Source: an uncultured Acidobacteriota bacterium (lineage in GTDB: Bacteria; Acidobacteriota; Blastocatellia; RBC074). Taken from it: 64,000 bases of DNA. Location: assembly GCA_963796275.1 (NCBI GenBank), contig CAWCKY010000007.1, forward strand, positions 640,001 to 704,000, in the 5' to 3' direction. The notes under the pieces are model-generated. The model saw only the letters and a list, made by a program, of their open reading frames with translations. It was not told the origin of the DNA and did not search any database. Positions 1-10,651 of the stretch are shown here, one piece after another; within the stretch, counting starts at the first letter, position 1; each line of letters begins with the position of its first letter. A program made the position numbers and the translations under genes.

Positions 1-7
1 GTAAAGA

Positions 8-1747
8 ATGCGTTATCGATTTGTTCTCGTGTTGTTGTTGTCAAATTTGCTGGCAACCGTTTGGATTACATCCGCGCTCACCCAGTCCGCGCCTGATCCT
101 CGGCCGGTGCCGCTGCCCGAGCTCGTCAAACATGCGGAGGCAAAAATGGCCGCCCAGGAATGGGCTGCGGCTTCCTCCCTCTGGGAGCAGGTTGTCGCGG
201 CGAACCCGACGATGCCGCGTTATTGGGAGCAATTGGGACGTTCCCGCCAAATCGCCAAGGATTACCGCAAGGCAATCGCGGCGCTCGAAATGTCGCTCGA
301 ACTCGGCGCCGGCTACCCCTTCAACACGGCCTATAACATCGCCTGTAGTTACGCGCAGTTGGGGGAAAAGGATCAGGCATTCAAATGGCTCGAGAAGGCG
401 ATGGATATGGGATACCGCAATCTGCAGGTAGTCCGCATCGATACCGATCTCAAACTTTTGCGCGATGATCCGCGGTTCATCAAGCTCGCCGCCCTCGACG
501 ACGTCAGCAAAATGTCGCGCGATGAAGGCTGGCGCTATGACCTTTGGTTTCTGGCCAGAGAACTCAAGCGCATCCACTTCGACCCTTTCAAGTATACGGC
601 GAGAGACGAATTCGACGGGTACGTCAAAAAACTGCACGACGATATCCCTAAACTCACCGACCCGCAGATCGAAATCGGTCTGATGAAGCTCGCGCGGAAG
701 ATGGGAGATGGACATACCTTGATTCGCCCCGCCTCAATACAACTCTCCGAACGCATGTTGGCCGATCGCGGAGTAGTGGATCGTAGAGTGGCGCCGATCG
801 AACTCTATCTTTTTGCGGAAGGTCTGTTCATCACCGCAGCCTCTCCGAAACACGCCGACATTGTGGGCGCCCAGGTCTTGCGCATCGGCGATCACACGGT
901 TGAAAAGGTGATGGAAACCCTCGATCAGGTGATCAGTCAGGATAACAAAATGTGGCCGAAAAACGTGGGCCCGGCGATGATGCGCAATCCGCGTACCCTC
1001 AACGGTCTGGGATTGATTCCTGACGCTGACAAAATGGTCATCACGATCAACGACCGGGAAGGGAAGTTGCGGACGGTCACTCTCGTTTCCGAACAGGTCG
1101 ATTTGACCGACGATTGGCAACAGAGTCGCCAGGGCGCGGCGGCGCCTGAACCGCTCTATCTTAAAAATAGAAAGGCCAATTACTGGTTCGAATTCATCCC
1201 CGACTCCAAAACTCTCTATTTTCAATACAATGCCGTGGCACAGGATCCGAAAGAGACGCTGCCGGAATTCTGCGAACGTATGTTCAAATTCATAAAAGAG
1301 AATCCGGTTGAACGACTGGTGATCGATATGCGATGGAATGGAGGCGGAAATAACTTTTACAACAGGCCCATCATTCACGGGTTGATACGCAATGAAAAGG
1401 TCAATCAACTCGGCAAGTTATTTGTGATCGTCGGCAGGCAGACATACTCCGCCGCGATGTGCGGCGCGACCGAGATCGAACGCCACGCCAAAGCGATCTT
1501 CGTCGGCGAGCCCACGGGCTCGAGCCCGAATTTTGTGGGCGAGTCGATCATCATCAACCTGCCGTACAGCAAGATGAGCGGCTCGATCTCCGATCTTTAC
1601 TGGCAGAATTCGGTCGCCATGGATTATCGCGTGTGGATATCGCCGCAGCTCTACGCGCCGCCGACCTTCGATTCTTATCGCGCGAATAGGGACCCGGCGA
1701 TGGAAGCGATAAACGCTTATCTGCGAGACGAAAACACGACGAAGTAG
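8..1747 (+). CDS. Secreted TPR-containing S41-family peptidase
   Basis: Signal peptide; TPR repeats ([12 protein letters not shown]); S41-type motifs [20 protein letters not shown]. Confidence 0.8.
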   Translation: MRYRFVLVLLLSNLLATVWITSALTQSAPDPRPVPLPELVKHAEAKMAAQEWAAASSLWEQVVAANPTMPRYWEQLGRSRQIAKDYRKAIAALEMSLELGAGYPFNTAYNIACSYAQLGEKDQAFKWLEKAMDMGYRNLQVVRIDTDLKLLRDDPRFIKLAALDDVSKMSRDEGWRYDLWFLARELKRIHFDPFKYTARDEFDGYVKKLHDDIPKLTDPQIEIGLMKLARKMGDGHTLIRPASIQLSERMLADRGVVDRRVAPIELYLFAEGLFITAASPKHADIVGAQVLRIGDHTVEKVMETLDQVISQDNKMWPKNVGPAMMRNPRTLNGLGLIPDADKMVITINDREGKLRTVTLVSEQVDLTDDWQQSRQGAAAPEPLYLKNRKANYWFEFIPDSKTLYFQYNAVAQDPKETLPEFCERMFKFIKENPVERLVIDMRWNGGGNNFYNRPIIHGLIRNEKVNQLGKLFVIVGRQTYSAAMCGATEIERHAKAIFVGEPTGSSPNFVGESIIINLPYSKMSGSISDLYWQNSVAMDYRVWISPQLYAPPTFDSYRANRDPAMEAINAYLRDENTTK

Positions 1748-1782
1748 AAGTAAAAGATTAAGTATAAAAGAGGTGCAAAAGC

Positions 1783-1829
1783 AAAAGTTGCCGAAGGGGA
1801 ATACGGTATTTACCCTTTGGCAGCTTTTT
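1783..1829. terminator. Bidirectional intrinsic terminator
   Basis: aaaagttgccgaaggg / ccctttggcagctttt stem between convergent genes. Confidence 0.7.
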
Positions 1830-1839
1830 GTTTTCTTCC

Positions 1840-2580
1840 CTACCAGAACAGTGCTTTCAGGTAGAGACGATTCATTCGCGCGATATTATCCAGCGATATC
1901 TCTTTGGGGCAGGCCGCTTCGCACGATCCGATGTTGGTGCAGTTGCCGAAACCTTCCTCATCCATCTGGGCGACCATACTTAACACACGCCGATCGTCCT
2001 CGATTTTTCCCTGCGGCAATAAGCTCAGGTGCGAAACCTTGGCCGCCACGAAGAGCATTGCGGAGGCGTTCTTGCATGCGGCGACGCAAGCTCCGCAGCC
2101 GATGCAAGTTGCCGCATCCATCGCCATATCCGCGTCATCTTTGGGGATTGGAATCGCATTCCCATCTGGAGCGCCCCCGGTCGATACTGAAATGTATCCG
2201 CCCGATTGAATAATCCGGTCGAATGCGCTGCGATCAACCACGAGGTCTTTGATCACAGTGAATGGCTTGGCGCGCCACGGCTCGATGGTGATCGTATCGC
2301 CGTCTTTGAATGTTCGCATATGCAGCTGGCAGGTCGTGGTCGCCGGGAGCGGCCCATGCGGCCTGCCATTGATCACCAATCCGCACATCCCGCAAATACC
2401 TTCGCGGCAGTCGTGATCGAACGCGATCTGCTCTTCGCCGCGTTTGATCAGTTCCTCGTTAATCACATCGAGCATTTCCAGGAACGACATGTCGGGGCTG
2501 ATGTTTTGTGCGTCGTATTCGATGAATTTTCCGGGTGTTCCGGCGTTCTTCTGCCGCCAGATTCGTAATGTCAGGTTCAT
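1840..2580 (-). CDS. sdhB: Succinate dehydrogenase/fumarate reductase Fe-S subunit (three-subunit type)
   Basis: [21 protein letters not shown] and [12 protein letters not shown] cluster motifs. Confidence 0.95.
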   Translation of the reverse strand: MNLTLRIWRQKNAGTPGKFIEYDAQNISPDMSFLEMLDVINEELIKRGEEQIAFDHDCREGICGMCGLVINGRPHGPLPATTTCQLHMRTFKDGDTITIEPWRAKPFTVIKDLVVDRSAFDRIIQSGGYISVSTGGAPDGNAIPIPKDDADMAMDAATCIGCGACVAACKNASAMLFVAAKVSHLSLLPQGKIEDDRRVLSMVAQMDEEGFGNCTNIGSCEAACPKEISLDNIARMNRLYLKALFW

Positions 2581-2581
2581 A

Positions 2582-4504
2582 TCACTTGTAACTTCGCTGC
2601 GTCATCTTCACTTCTTCATAGATGAGCGATTCCTTGTGCAACGCGGGAAATTGATCGATGCCTTTGAACTCCCAGGCTGCAACGTAAGAGAACTTCCCGT
2701 CATTCCGCAGCGCCTCACCGTCTTCGGTCTGATACTCTTCACGGAAATGGCCGCCACAGGACTCTTCGCGATTGAGTGCGTCGTAGGCGAGCAGTTCGGC
2801 GAATTCCATGAAATCGGCGACCCGTCCCGCGTATTCCAGCGCCTGATTCAATTCGCCGCCTCCGCCCAGCACATTTACATCTTCCCAGAATTCCTCGCCT
2901 CAGTTCGGGGATCCGCCGCAATGCCTGCTGCAGACCGGCCCGGCTGCGCGCCATCCCGACGTCGTCCCACATCAATCTGCCCAGTTCGCGGTGGAACTCT
3001 GTAACAGTACGGTTGCCTTTGATCGCGAGCAGCCGGTCGATACGCGCACAGACATCCTCTCTCGCTTTTTTAAATTCTGCATGATCGGCAGGGTACAGGC
3101 CGTTTTTCTGGGTCGCGAAATATCCGGCAATCGTCTGCGGCAAAATGAAATATCCGTCGGCGAGCCCTTGCATAAGCGCGCTGGCGCCCAGCCGATTCGC
3201 GCCGTGATCGGAAAAATTGGCTTCGCCGATCACGAAGAGCCCCGGGATATTGCTCATCAATTCATAATCGACCCACAGGCCGCCCATCGTGTAATGCACT
3301 GCCGGATAGATCCGCATCGGTTGTTCATATGCGTTCTCTCCCGTGATGCGCTCATACATATCGAAGAGATTGCCATATCGCTCTTCGATTTTGTCGCGGC
3401 CGAGCCGCTTGATCGAATCCGAAAAATCGAGATAGACGCCGCGGCCGCCCGGACCTACGCCCCGACCTTCATCGCAGACGTTCTTGGCCGCGCGCGAGGC
3501 TATGTCGCGCGGCGCCAGATTGCCATAGCTCGGATAAATTCTTTCGAGATAGTAGTCGCGTTCGCCTTCCGGTATGTCATTGGGATGGCGCGCGTCTCCC
3601 GGTTTTTTGGGAACCCAGACGCGGCCGTCGTTGCGCAGCGATTCCGACATCAACGTTAGTTTCGATTGGTGGTCGCCGCTCTGTGGAATGCAGGTCGGAT
3701 GAATCTGCGTATAGCACGGGTTGGCGAAGAGCGCGCCTTTTCGATAAGCGCGGTATGTCGCCGTGACGTTGCATCCTTTGGCGTTGGTCGAGAGGAAAAA
3801 GACGTTGCCGTATCCGCCGGTCGCCAGCACCACCGCGTTGGCGGAGTGATGATTCGATCTCCCCGTTGACCAGATCGCGGGTGATGATGCCTTTGGCGTG
3901 GCCGTCGATAATCACGATATCGAGCATCTCGGTGCGCGGATACATCTTCACCGTGCCGGCGTACGATCTGCCGGCTCAAGGCCTGGTAGGCGCCGAGCAG
4001 TAACTGCTGGCCTGTCTGCCCGCGCGCATAAAAAGTTCGTGAAACCTGGGCGCCGCCGAAGCTGCGGTTGTCCAGCAAGCCGCCGTATTCGCGCGCGAAC
4101 GGGACGCCCTGCGCGACACACTGATCGATGATATTGACGCTGACTTCTGCGAGGCGGTGAACATTCGCTTCGCGCGCGCGGAAATCGCCGCCTTTTATCG
4201 TGTCGTAGAACAGACGGTAAATGCTGTCGCCGTCATTGCGATAGTTTTTAGCGGCGTTGATGCCGCCTTGAGCGGCGATCGAGTGGGCCCGGCGCGGACT
4301 ATCCTGGAAGCAGAAGCATTTGACGTTGTAGCCCAGTTCACCGAGCGTCGCCGCCGCCGAAGCTCCGGCCAGGCCGGTGCCGACGACGATGATCTCGAAT
4401 TTGCGTTTATTGGCAGGATTTACCAGCTTCATCTCCTGCCTGTACTTCGTCCACTTCGTCGCCACCTGGCCGGACGGGATTTTCGAGTCGAGTACCTTGT
4501 TCAT
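2582..4504 (-). CDS. sdhA: Succinate dehydrogenase flavoprotein subunit, split by three +1 frameshifts (about 3963, 3849, 2897); probable sequencing errors, otherwise a pseudogene
   Basis: [34 protein letters not shown] and REESCGGH motifs spread over four overlapping ORFs. Confidence 0.9.
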
Positions 4505-4568
4505 AACAGAAACAGAGGACAAAAAGCACGAAGAAGCGCACAAAGGGGAAAAATTTATGCGCTCTTCT

Positions 4569-5282
4569 TCATTGAATCACCTTCGCTAAAATGGCTAAAG
4601 GAATCGAACAATTGCCCAGGAAGATGAGCAGTGCGGAGATCTTGGCCAGTTTATCGAAAAAGACGAAGCTCTTTTTGCTTCTCAGCCCCAATGATTGAAA
4701 GAGGCTGCTCACGCCGTGGCTCAAATGCAGCAAGAGTAAACCCATCGATACGATGTAGAAGACGGAGATGTACGGGTTGGAGAATCCCACGATCAACATC
4801 CGATAGACGTCGTGTCTGCCCGCAACATCTCGAAAATGCAAATATTCCGGATTGATAACGCCCAAAGTATAATGTGATAGATGAAAAACGATGAAAGCCA
4901 GAATTATCAGCCCGCTCCAAAAAATCGTGCGGTTAGCCAGGGTCGACGCGATCACTTTCCCGGTCGCATACGCTTCGTTTCGCGCGCGCCGGTTTGCGAT
5001 CGCGAGTTGAATGCCGGCTGTGATGTGCAAGACGACAATCGTAAATAAACCCAACCGAACTGACCACAGTATTGCAGGAGTGGACTTTAAAAATTGGGCA
5101 TAGGTATTTATTTTGTCCGGTCCGAAGAAAATCTGCAGGTTGCCGAGCATATGGGCGATGACATAGATGAAAAGACCGAGTCCGGTAACAGCCATGACAT
5201 ACTTCTTACCGAGAGAAGATCGCCAGATGCGCGATAATAACCCTGACGTCGATGGTTGCAGGCTCTGTACTGAAGCCGCCAT
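4569..5282 (-). CDS. sdhC: Succinate dehydrogenase cytochrome b membrane anchor (single subunit)
   Basis: KKYVMAVTG and HMLGNL motifs, several TM helices with His ligands, first gene of sdhCAB. Confidence 0.9.
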   Translation of the reverse strand: MAASVQSLQPSTSGLLSRIWRSSLGKKYVMAVTGLGLFIYVIAHMLGNLQIFFGPDKINTYAQFLKSTPAILWSVRLGLFTIVVLHITAGIQLAIANRRARNEAYATGKVIASTLANRTIFWSGLIILAFIVFHLSHYTLGVINPEYLHFRDVAGRHDVYRMLIVGFSNPYISVFYIVSMGLLLLHLSHGVSSLFQSLGLRSKKSFVFFDKLAKISALLIFLGNCSIPLAILAKVIQ

Positions 5283-5554
5283 CCCGCCCTCCTTTCTTTA
5301 ACCTATAATTGTAAGACATAAATCGAACAAGTGTAAAAATATCAGCACCTATCCGATAAGATTTTCGTTTGTAATTTTTCTTTCTCGATGATAGGCTGCC
5401 TCCCGTTCAGGTGATCGAAATTATTTATACCGCTCATTAGATCTTTTATTGATAGAGCACATCGACTCCCAACGAATCTGCTAAAACGGCGTTATTCACA
5501 GCTCCAGCTCTTTATCAATAATTCTCTTTGAGGCACCTCAGGAGGAATTGGCAC

Positions 5555-6004
5555 ATGGCAGTTTCCGTCAAAGCGATCAAGCTCTGGCGCAGCGAAATCG
5601 CCAACCAGCCTGGCACACTCGCCAAAGTACTCGCCCCGCTGGCGCAAGCCGGCTCTGATCTGCAACTACTCATGGGTTATCGTTATCACGGTAATGAGAC
5701 GAGGGCAGCTGTCGAGCTCTTCCCTGTCACGGGCAAAAAACAGGCGGTTGCCGCACAGGCAGCCGGTCTGAGAATGTCGTCTGAGCCCGCTTTACTTGTC
5801 GAAGGCGATAACAAGCGCGGCGCCGCCCATGCGATCTCCGCAGCTATCGCAGATGCGGGAATCAATGTGAGCTTCGTCGTCGCGCAGGTAGTAGGCAGAA
5901 GGTTCTCAGCCGTCTTCGCGTTTAAAACCGATGAAGATGCGCGCAAAGCCGCCACGCTTATCAAAAAGACGTTGGCAGCTAAAAAATCAAGTAAGAAAAA
6001 ATAA
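5555..6004 (+). CDS. ACT-domain-like protein
   Basis: NQPGTLAKVL and DNKRGAAHAI..IADAGINV tandem ACT-like motifs; RBS ggagg. Confidence 0.65.
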   Translation: MAVSVKAIKLWRSEIANQPGTLAKVLAPLAQAGSDLQLLMGYRYHGNETRAAVELFPVTGKKQAVAAQAAGLRMSSEPALLVEGDNKRGAAHAISAAIADAGINVSFVVAQVVGRRFSAVFAFKTDEDARKAATLIKKTLAAKKSSKKK

Positions 6005-6014
6005 TTGTTGATAT

Positions 6015-7757
6015 ATGGACATCTCTTCCTTTGACGTGTTGCTGGTTGGCGGAGGCGGCGCCGGCTTGCGAGCAGCTATAGCCGTCTCTGAAAACAATCC
6101 TAAACTCAATGTGGCCGTAGTATCGAAGGTCTATCCCATGCGCAGCCACACGGTGTCCGCCGAGGGCGGCGCCGCAGGAGTGATCAAACCCAACGATTCG
6201 CTCGATGAACACGCGTACGACACTATCTCCGGTGGCGACTGGATGTGCGATCAGGATGCCGTGGAAGCATTCGTACGAGAAGCTCCCAAAGAGCTGTTGC
6301 AACTGGAGCATTGGGGATGCCCGTGGAGCAGGGAACCCGATGGGCAGGTAGCTGTCCGGCCGTTTGGCGGAATGAAGAATGAACGGACTTGGTTCGCCGC
6401 CGATAAGACCGGCTTCCATATGCTCCACACCCTGTTTCAGACCTCGCTCAAATACAAGGCGATTGCCCGCTTTGACGAATATTTCGTGACGAAGCTGCTG
6501 GTGGATAACGGCCGGGTGCATGGAGTGGTGGCGATCGAGATAATGACCGGAAAGATCCACGCCATCCTGGCCAAAGCGGTGATCTTGTGTACCGGAGGCT
6601 GCGGGCGCATATTTCCATTCACCACCAATGCCAATATCAAGAACGGCGATGGCATGGCGATCGCCTATCGCGCCGGCCTGCCGCTGAAGGACATGGAATT
6701 TGTCCAATACCATCCGACCGGATTACCGTTCACCGGTATTTTGATTACCGAAGCGGCGCGCGCCGAAGGCGGAATTTTGCTCAACAAAGACAACTACCGG
6801 TATCTGCAGGATTACAACCTGGGGACCCCGCAGCCCAAGCCGGTGTTGCGTACGATGGAGCTGGGGCCGCGCGACCGCCTCTCACAGGCGTTCATCAAAG
6901 AGCTGGAGAAGAACCGGACGATCGAGACGCCATACGGTCCGGTCGTTCACCTCGACATTCGCCATCTGGGCGAGAAAGTAATCAACACCAAACTTCCATT
7001 TGTCCGCGAACTCTGCCTCAAATATCAGAACATCGACCCGATCAAAGAGATGATTCCGGTGCGTCCGGTGGTCCATTACATAATGGGGGGCGTTCATACC
7101 GATATAAACGCGGCCACGCCGCTCAAGGGGCTATATGCCGCAGGCGAAGTCGCATGCGTCAGCATCAACGGCGCGAATCGCCTCGGCTCCAATTCGCTGA
7201 CGGAGTTGCTCGTTTTCGGTGCGCGGGCCGGCAAAGCAGCCGCTGACTTCGCGTCGCAAGCGACTGAGCCCAGCAACTATGTGATCGCTCAGGCGATGGA
7301 CGAACAGCGAAGGCTGGAGAAAGAGTTCCTTAACAAGACCGGAGGGCGCGAGCGTATTGCGACTATTCGGGATGAGTTGCAGATGACGATGGAGAAGGGG
7401 GCGGGAATTTATCGGACGGGCAAATTGCTGGCGGAAGCTGCCGAGAATGTCGGCAAACTGCAGGAGCGATTTAAGGATATCGCCATTTCAGACCGAAGCC
7501 ATACGTTCAACACAGAACTGATAGCGGCGCTCGAGCTTTCTTATATGCTCGAGGTTGCCGAAGCGATAGTACACTGCGGTTTGAATCGTCAGGAATCGCG
7601 CGGGGCGCATCAGCGAACGGATTTCCCCAAGCGAGACGATGAGAAATACCTGGGGCATTCGCTGATCTATCGCAATGACGCCGGGTCTCCGCGAGTGGAA
7701 TATTTGCCGGTCACCATCACGCGGTGGCCGCCTGCTGAACGTGTATATGGAAAGTGA
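6015..7757 (+). CDS. frdA: Fumarate reductase flavoprotein subunit (E. coli FrdA type)
   Basis: [48 protein letters not shown]. Confidence 0.93.
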   Translation: MDISSFDVLLVGGGGAGLRAAIAVSENNPKLNVAVVSKVYPMRSHTVSAEGGAAGVIKPNDSLDEHAYDTISGGDWMCDQDAVEAFVREAPKELLQLEHWGCPWSREPDGQVAVRPFGGMKNERTWFAADKTGFHMLHTLFQTSLKYKAIARFDEYFVTKLLVDNGRVHGVVAIEIMTGKIHAILAKAVILCTGGCGRIFPFTTNANIKNGDGMAIAYRAGLPLKDMEFVQYHPTGLPFTGILITEAARAEGGILLNKDNYRYLQDYNLGTPQPKPVLRTMELGPRDRLSQAFIKELEKNRTIETPYGPVVHLDIRHLGEKVINTKLPFVRELCLKYQNIDPIKEMIPVRPVVHYIMGGVHTDINAATPLKGLYAAGEVACVSINGANRLGSNSLTELLVFGARAGKAAADFASQATEPSNYVIAQAMDEQRRLEKEFLNKTGGRERIATIRDELQMTMEKGAGIYRTGKLLAEAAENVGKLQERFKDIAISDRSHTFNTELIAALELSYMLEVAEAIVHCGLNRQESRGAHQRTDFPKRDDEKYLGHSLIYRNDAGSPRVEYLPVTITRWPPAERVYGK

Positions 7758-7763
7758 GGATAG

Positions 7764-8507
7764 ATGGCAGATAAAATTACTCTGGAAATTGCGCGTTATC
7801 GTCCCGAAGAAGAATCCGAACCAACCTTTGAGCGCTTCGAAGTCCCGTTTAATAAGGACTGGGTGGTATTGGATGCTTTGAACTATATCAAAGACAGACT
7901 GGATGGGTCTCTCTCGTATCGGTGGAGTTGCCGGATGGGAGTTTGCGGAAGTTGCGGGATGATGGTCAACGGAGAGCCGAAGCTTACCTGCGCCACTTTC
8001 CTCTCCAGCTATTTCCCGAATCCCATACGAGTAGAGCCGTTGCGGTATTTCCCGGTAGTTCGCGACCTGGCCGTCGAGATGACGGATTTCATGAACAAAT
8101 TGGAGAGCGTCAAACCCTGGATTATCCGTGAGGAAGAGAAACCTCTCTCCCAAGGGGAGTATCTGCAGACGCCGGAGCAGTTGGAAAGTTACAAGCAGTT
8201 CAGCATGTGTATCAACTGCATGATTTGCTATGCCGCGTGCCCGGTCTATGGGTTGGATAATCACTTCGTAGGGCCGGCGGCGCTGGCGCTGGCGCAGCGG
8301 TACAACATGGATTCACGCGATCAGGGCACGGAAGAACGTCTCGATATCCTATCGCAGCACGAGGGAATTTGGGGATGCACCTTTGTCGGCGAATGCACGA
8401 AAGCGTGTCCGAAAAACGTGGATCCCGCCGGAGCCATCCAGCAATACAAACTGAAGGCAACCACGGAATGGTTCAAATCATTTCTAATGCCGTGGGGAAG
8501 GAAGTGA
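7764..8507 (+). CDS. frdB: Fumarate reductase Fe-S subunit
   Basis: [34 protein letters not shown]. Confidence 0.93.
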   Translation: MADKITLEIARYRPEEESEPTFERFEVPFNKDWVVLDALNYIKDRLDGSLSYRWSCRMGVCGSCGMMVNGEPKLTCATFLSSYFPNPIRVEPLRYFPVVRDLAVEMTDFMNKLESVKPWIIREEEKPLSQGEYLQTPEQLESYKQFSMCINCMICYAACPVYGLDNHFVGPAALALAQRYNMDSRDQGTEERLDILSQHEGIWGCTFVGECTKACPKNVDPAGAIQQYKLKATTEWFKSFLMPWGRK

Positions 8508-8510
8508 AAA

Positions 8511-8579
8511 TAGTTTTCAGTTTTCAGTTATTAGTTTTCAGTTTGTCGTTCTCGATCGACAACTGAAAACTGAAAACTA
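8511..8579. repeat. Heptamer (agttttc)n inverted-repeat hairpin
   Basis: agttttcagttttcag ... ctgaaaactgaaaact between frdB and frdC. Confidence 0.8.
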
Positions 8580-8594
8580 TTTCAGAGGAGCGAG

Positions 8595-9017
8595 ATGAAA
8601 GAAACGCATAATTACTCTCTCTATCATCCGAGATGGTATCGCAGGCGGATGTCGACCTACTGGTGGACTCATCAATGGAGCCATTTCAGGTTCATCCTGC
8701 GGGAGGTGACCAGCATCTTTGTGGGTTACTTCGTCGTGCTCGTGCTGCTCATGCTCCGGGCTCTCAGTGAAGGGCCGGTGAGCTATGCTGCTTTTCAGGA
8801 TTGGTTGAGGACGCCATTCGCGATCCTTCTCAACGCGATCAGTTTTATCTTCGTCATTTATCATACGGTCACCTGGTTCAACCTGACGCCTCGCGCGATG
8901 CCGCCGGTGCGGCTGGGTGGTAAGAAACTGGATGACTGGATGGTCGCCGCACCCAATTACGTCGCATGGTTGGTGGTCTCGGTTATCCTGGTCTGGATTA
9001 TTTTGGGAGGGATTTAA
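8595..9017 (+). CDS. frdC: Fumarate reductase subunit C
   Basis: YRRRMSTYWW..FILRE and HTVTWFNLTP motifs; 3 TM helices. Confidence 0.9.
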   Translation: MKETHNYSLYHPRWYRRRMSTYWWTHQWSHFRFILREVTSIFVGYFVVLVLLMLRALSEGPVSYAAFQDWLRTPFAILLNAISFIFVIYHTVTWFNLTPRAMPPVRLGGKKLDDWMVAAPNYVAWLVVSVILVWIILGGI

Positions 9018-9018
9018 A

Positions 9019-9372
9019 ATGGGAAAAAGGTCAAACGAACCATTTCTCTGGTCGCTCTTCAGCGCTGGCGGAGTCGTCGCAGCATTTCTGGTACCGATCC
9101 TGCTTTTTTTATATGGATTGGCTTTCCCTCTCGGATGGATCGAGGCACCGAGCTATGGGCAGACGATGACGCTCGTCAGTCATCCGCTGACGCGCCTGGT
9201 ATTGTTCGTGTTATGCTCGCTACCGCTCTTCCATTGGGCCCATCGTTTTCGCTTTACGCTCTACGACGGGCTGCAGATCAAGCATCTTAACGAAGTGATT
9301 GCCGTGCTCTGTTATGGTGGGGCAGTGGTTGGCACAATAGTAGCTGGCTATATTCTGTGGAATATCGCATGA
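9019..9372 (+). CDS. frdD: Fumarate reductase subunit D
   Basis: RSNEPFLWSLFSAGG, FHWAHR and CYG motifs. Confidence 0.9.
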   Translation: MGKRSNEPFLWSLFSAGGVVAAFLVPILLFLYGLAFPLGWIEAPSYGQTMTLVSHPLTRLVLFVLCSLPLFHWAHRFRFTLYDGLQIKHLNEVIAVLCYGGAVVGTIVAGYILWNIA

Positions 9373-9394
9373 CTCTCTATAACTGCTCAGCTAC

Positions 9395-9850
9395 ATCGCA
9401 GTGTGAGCGGTATTTTGATTTAGCCGCGGGTTTTAAAAGCTTGTCCCAAACTTTTCGGTTTTGCGCCGGAGGCGCAGCTGGATATTAGCCGGTGGTGTAG
9501 CGAAGCGAAACCACCGGACACCCGTCGTTATTGCCTTTGCGCCCCGGTAGGGGCGCCGGACCAGGCACAATGAAAAGAAGATTTCGCACTTCAGAACCCC
9601 ATCCAGCACCCCTGCCGGGGTGCGATGTGAGGACTCACTGCTACCGGTGGTTCCGCTGCGCTTCACCACCGGCTAATATCCACCGCCCTTACCAGGGCGA
9701 AAAGCGGTGATCGCGAATCGCAAAAGTTTGACAAGGGTTTAAAAGATAGGCGAACTCTTCCGGAAAGACGGAGATTCCCGTCTGTCGGGCGCAGGCGAAA
9801 AGTGACGCATCAAAGGCGCATCAGCGTCCGGCTAAATTCAGTCGCTGCCC
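9395..9850. mobile_element. Nested REPIN/MITE-like elements
   Basis: Outer IR tgatttagccg / cggctaaattca; middle IR ttttaaaagcttgtcccaaactttt / aaaagtttgacaagggtttaaaa; inner perfect 18-bp IR ggatattagccggtggtg / caccaccggctaatatcc. Confidence 0.7.
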
Positions 9851-9908
9851 ACTACCATAAATAACGGGTTGAGCAGGAACAACTCCTTAACATCTTTTGG
9901 AGATAAAA

Positions 9909-10406
9909 ATGTACGAGCTCAAGCCCATTTCCAAGGAAGCCATTCCTCAGGCTATCGAGAAAGCGGATCACTATCGTCTGCTCAACGATCCATCGGCAGC
10001 CGAAAGCATCTGCCTGGATGTGCTGGAAATCGATCCTGATAATCAGCAGGCGCTCGTTACTCTGCTGCTGGCGTTGACCGATCGTCTTGCCAACGGATAT
10101 ACGGTCGCCGCTGCCCACGCCAGGGAACTGTTACCCCGCATCAACGATGAATACCAGCAGGTATATTACGCAGGAATTATATGCGAGCGACAGGCCAAGA
10201 CGTTACTCAATATGGGAGGGCCTGGCGCGCGATTCGATGCGTACGAATGGTTGCTCGAGGCGATGACCTGGTACGGAAAAGCCGAGGCAATGCGCGCTGC
10301 CGGTAATGATGATGCAATCCTGCGCTGGAATGCCTGCGCGCGGGTCATAATGCGCAGTAACCTTGTGCCGAGAGCAGCTGAGAGTGTCGAGCCTTATCTG
10401 GAATAA
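9909..10406 (+). CDS. Conserved hypothetical TPR-like helical protein
   Basis: Clean ORF with RBS; motifs YRLLNDP..AESICLD and NDDAILRWNACAR. Confidence 0.75.
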   Translation: MYELKPISKEAIPQAIEKADHYRLLNDPSAAESICLDVLEIDPDNQQALVTLLLALTDRLANGYTVAAAHARELLPRINDEYQQVYYAGIICERQAKTLLNMGGPGARFDAYEWLLEAMTWYGKAEAMRAAGNDDAILRWNACARVIMRSNLVPRAAESVEPYLE

Positions 10407-10610
10407 CATAAAAAGTGTAATCCACGTCGCTGCTGGACTGCAGTTTCGCCTATAGTGTTAGTTACACATCTGTAATTACAACGCTGGGAATGGTATTTTT
10501 CAGCGCTGGCCAGTGACATTTGTGTGTCGTCAGAGAGAGCTTCACCGTTTGAATAAAAAATAAACTTCGACGTGGCAGAGGCGGCTTTGGCTGCGCGGGC
10601 GGAGTAAAGG

Positions 10611-10640
10611 CGGGTGGATGCGACGAATCGCACCCACCCG
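10611..10640 (-). terminator. Terminator-like hairpin after the TonB-dependent receptor gene
   Basis: cgggtggatgcg / cgcacccacccg stem. Confidence 0.55.
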
Positions 10641-10651
10641 GGATAAGAAAG

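Noticed and set aside
2890-3965. Programmed ribosomal frameshifting in sdhA
   Set aside because: No slippery heptamers; three unrelated single-base insertions.
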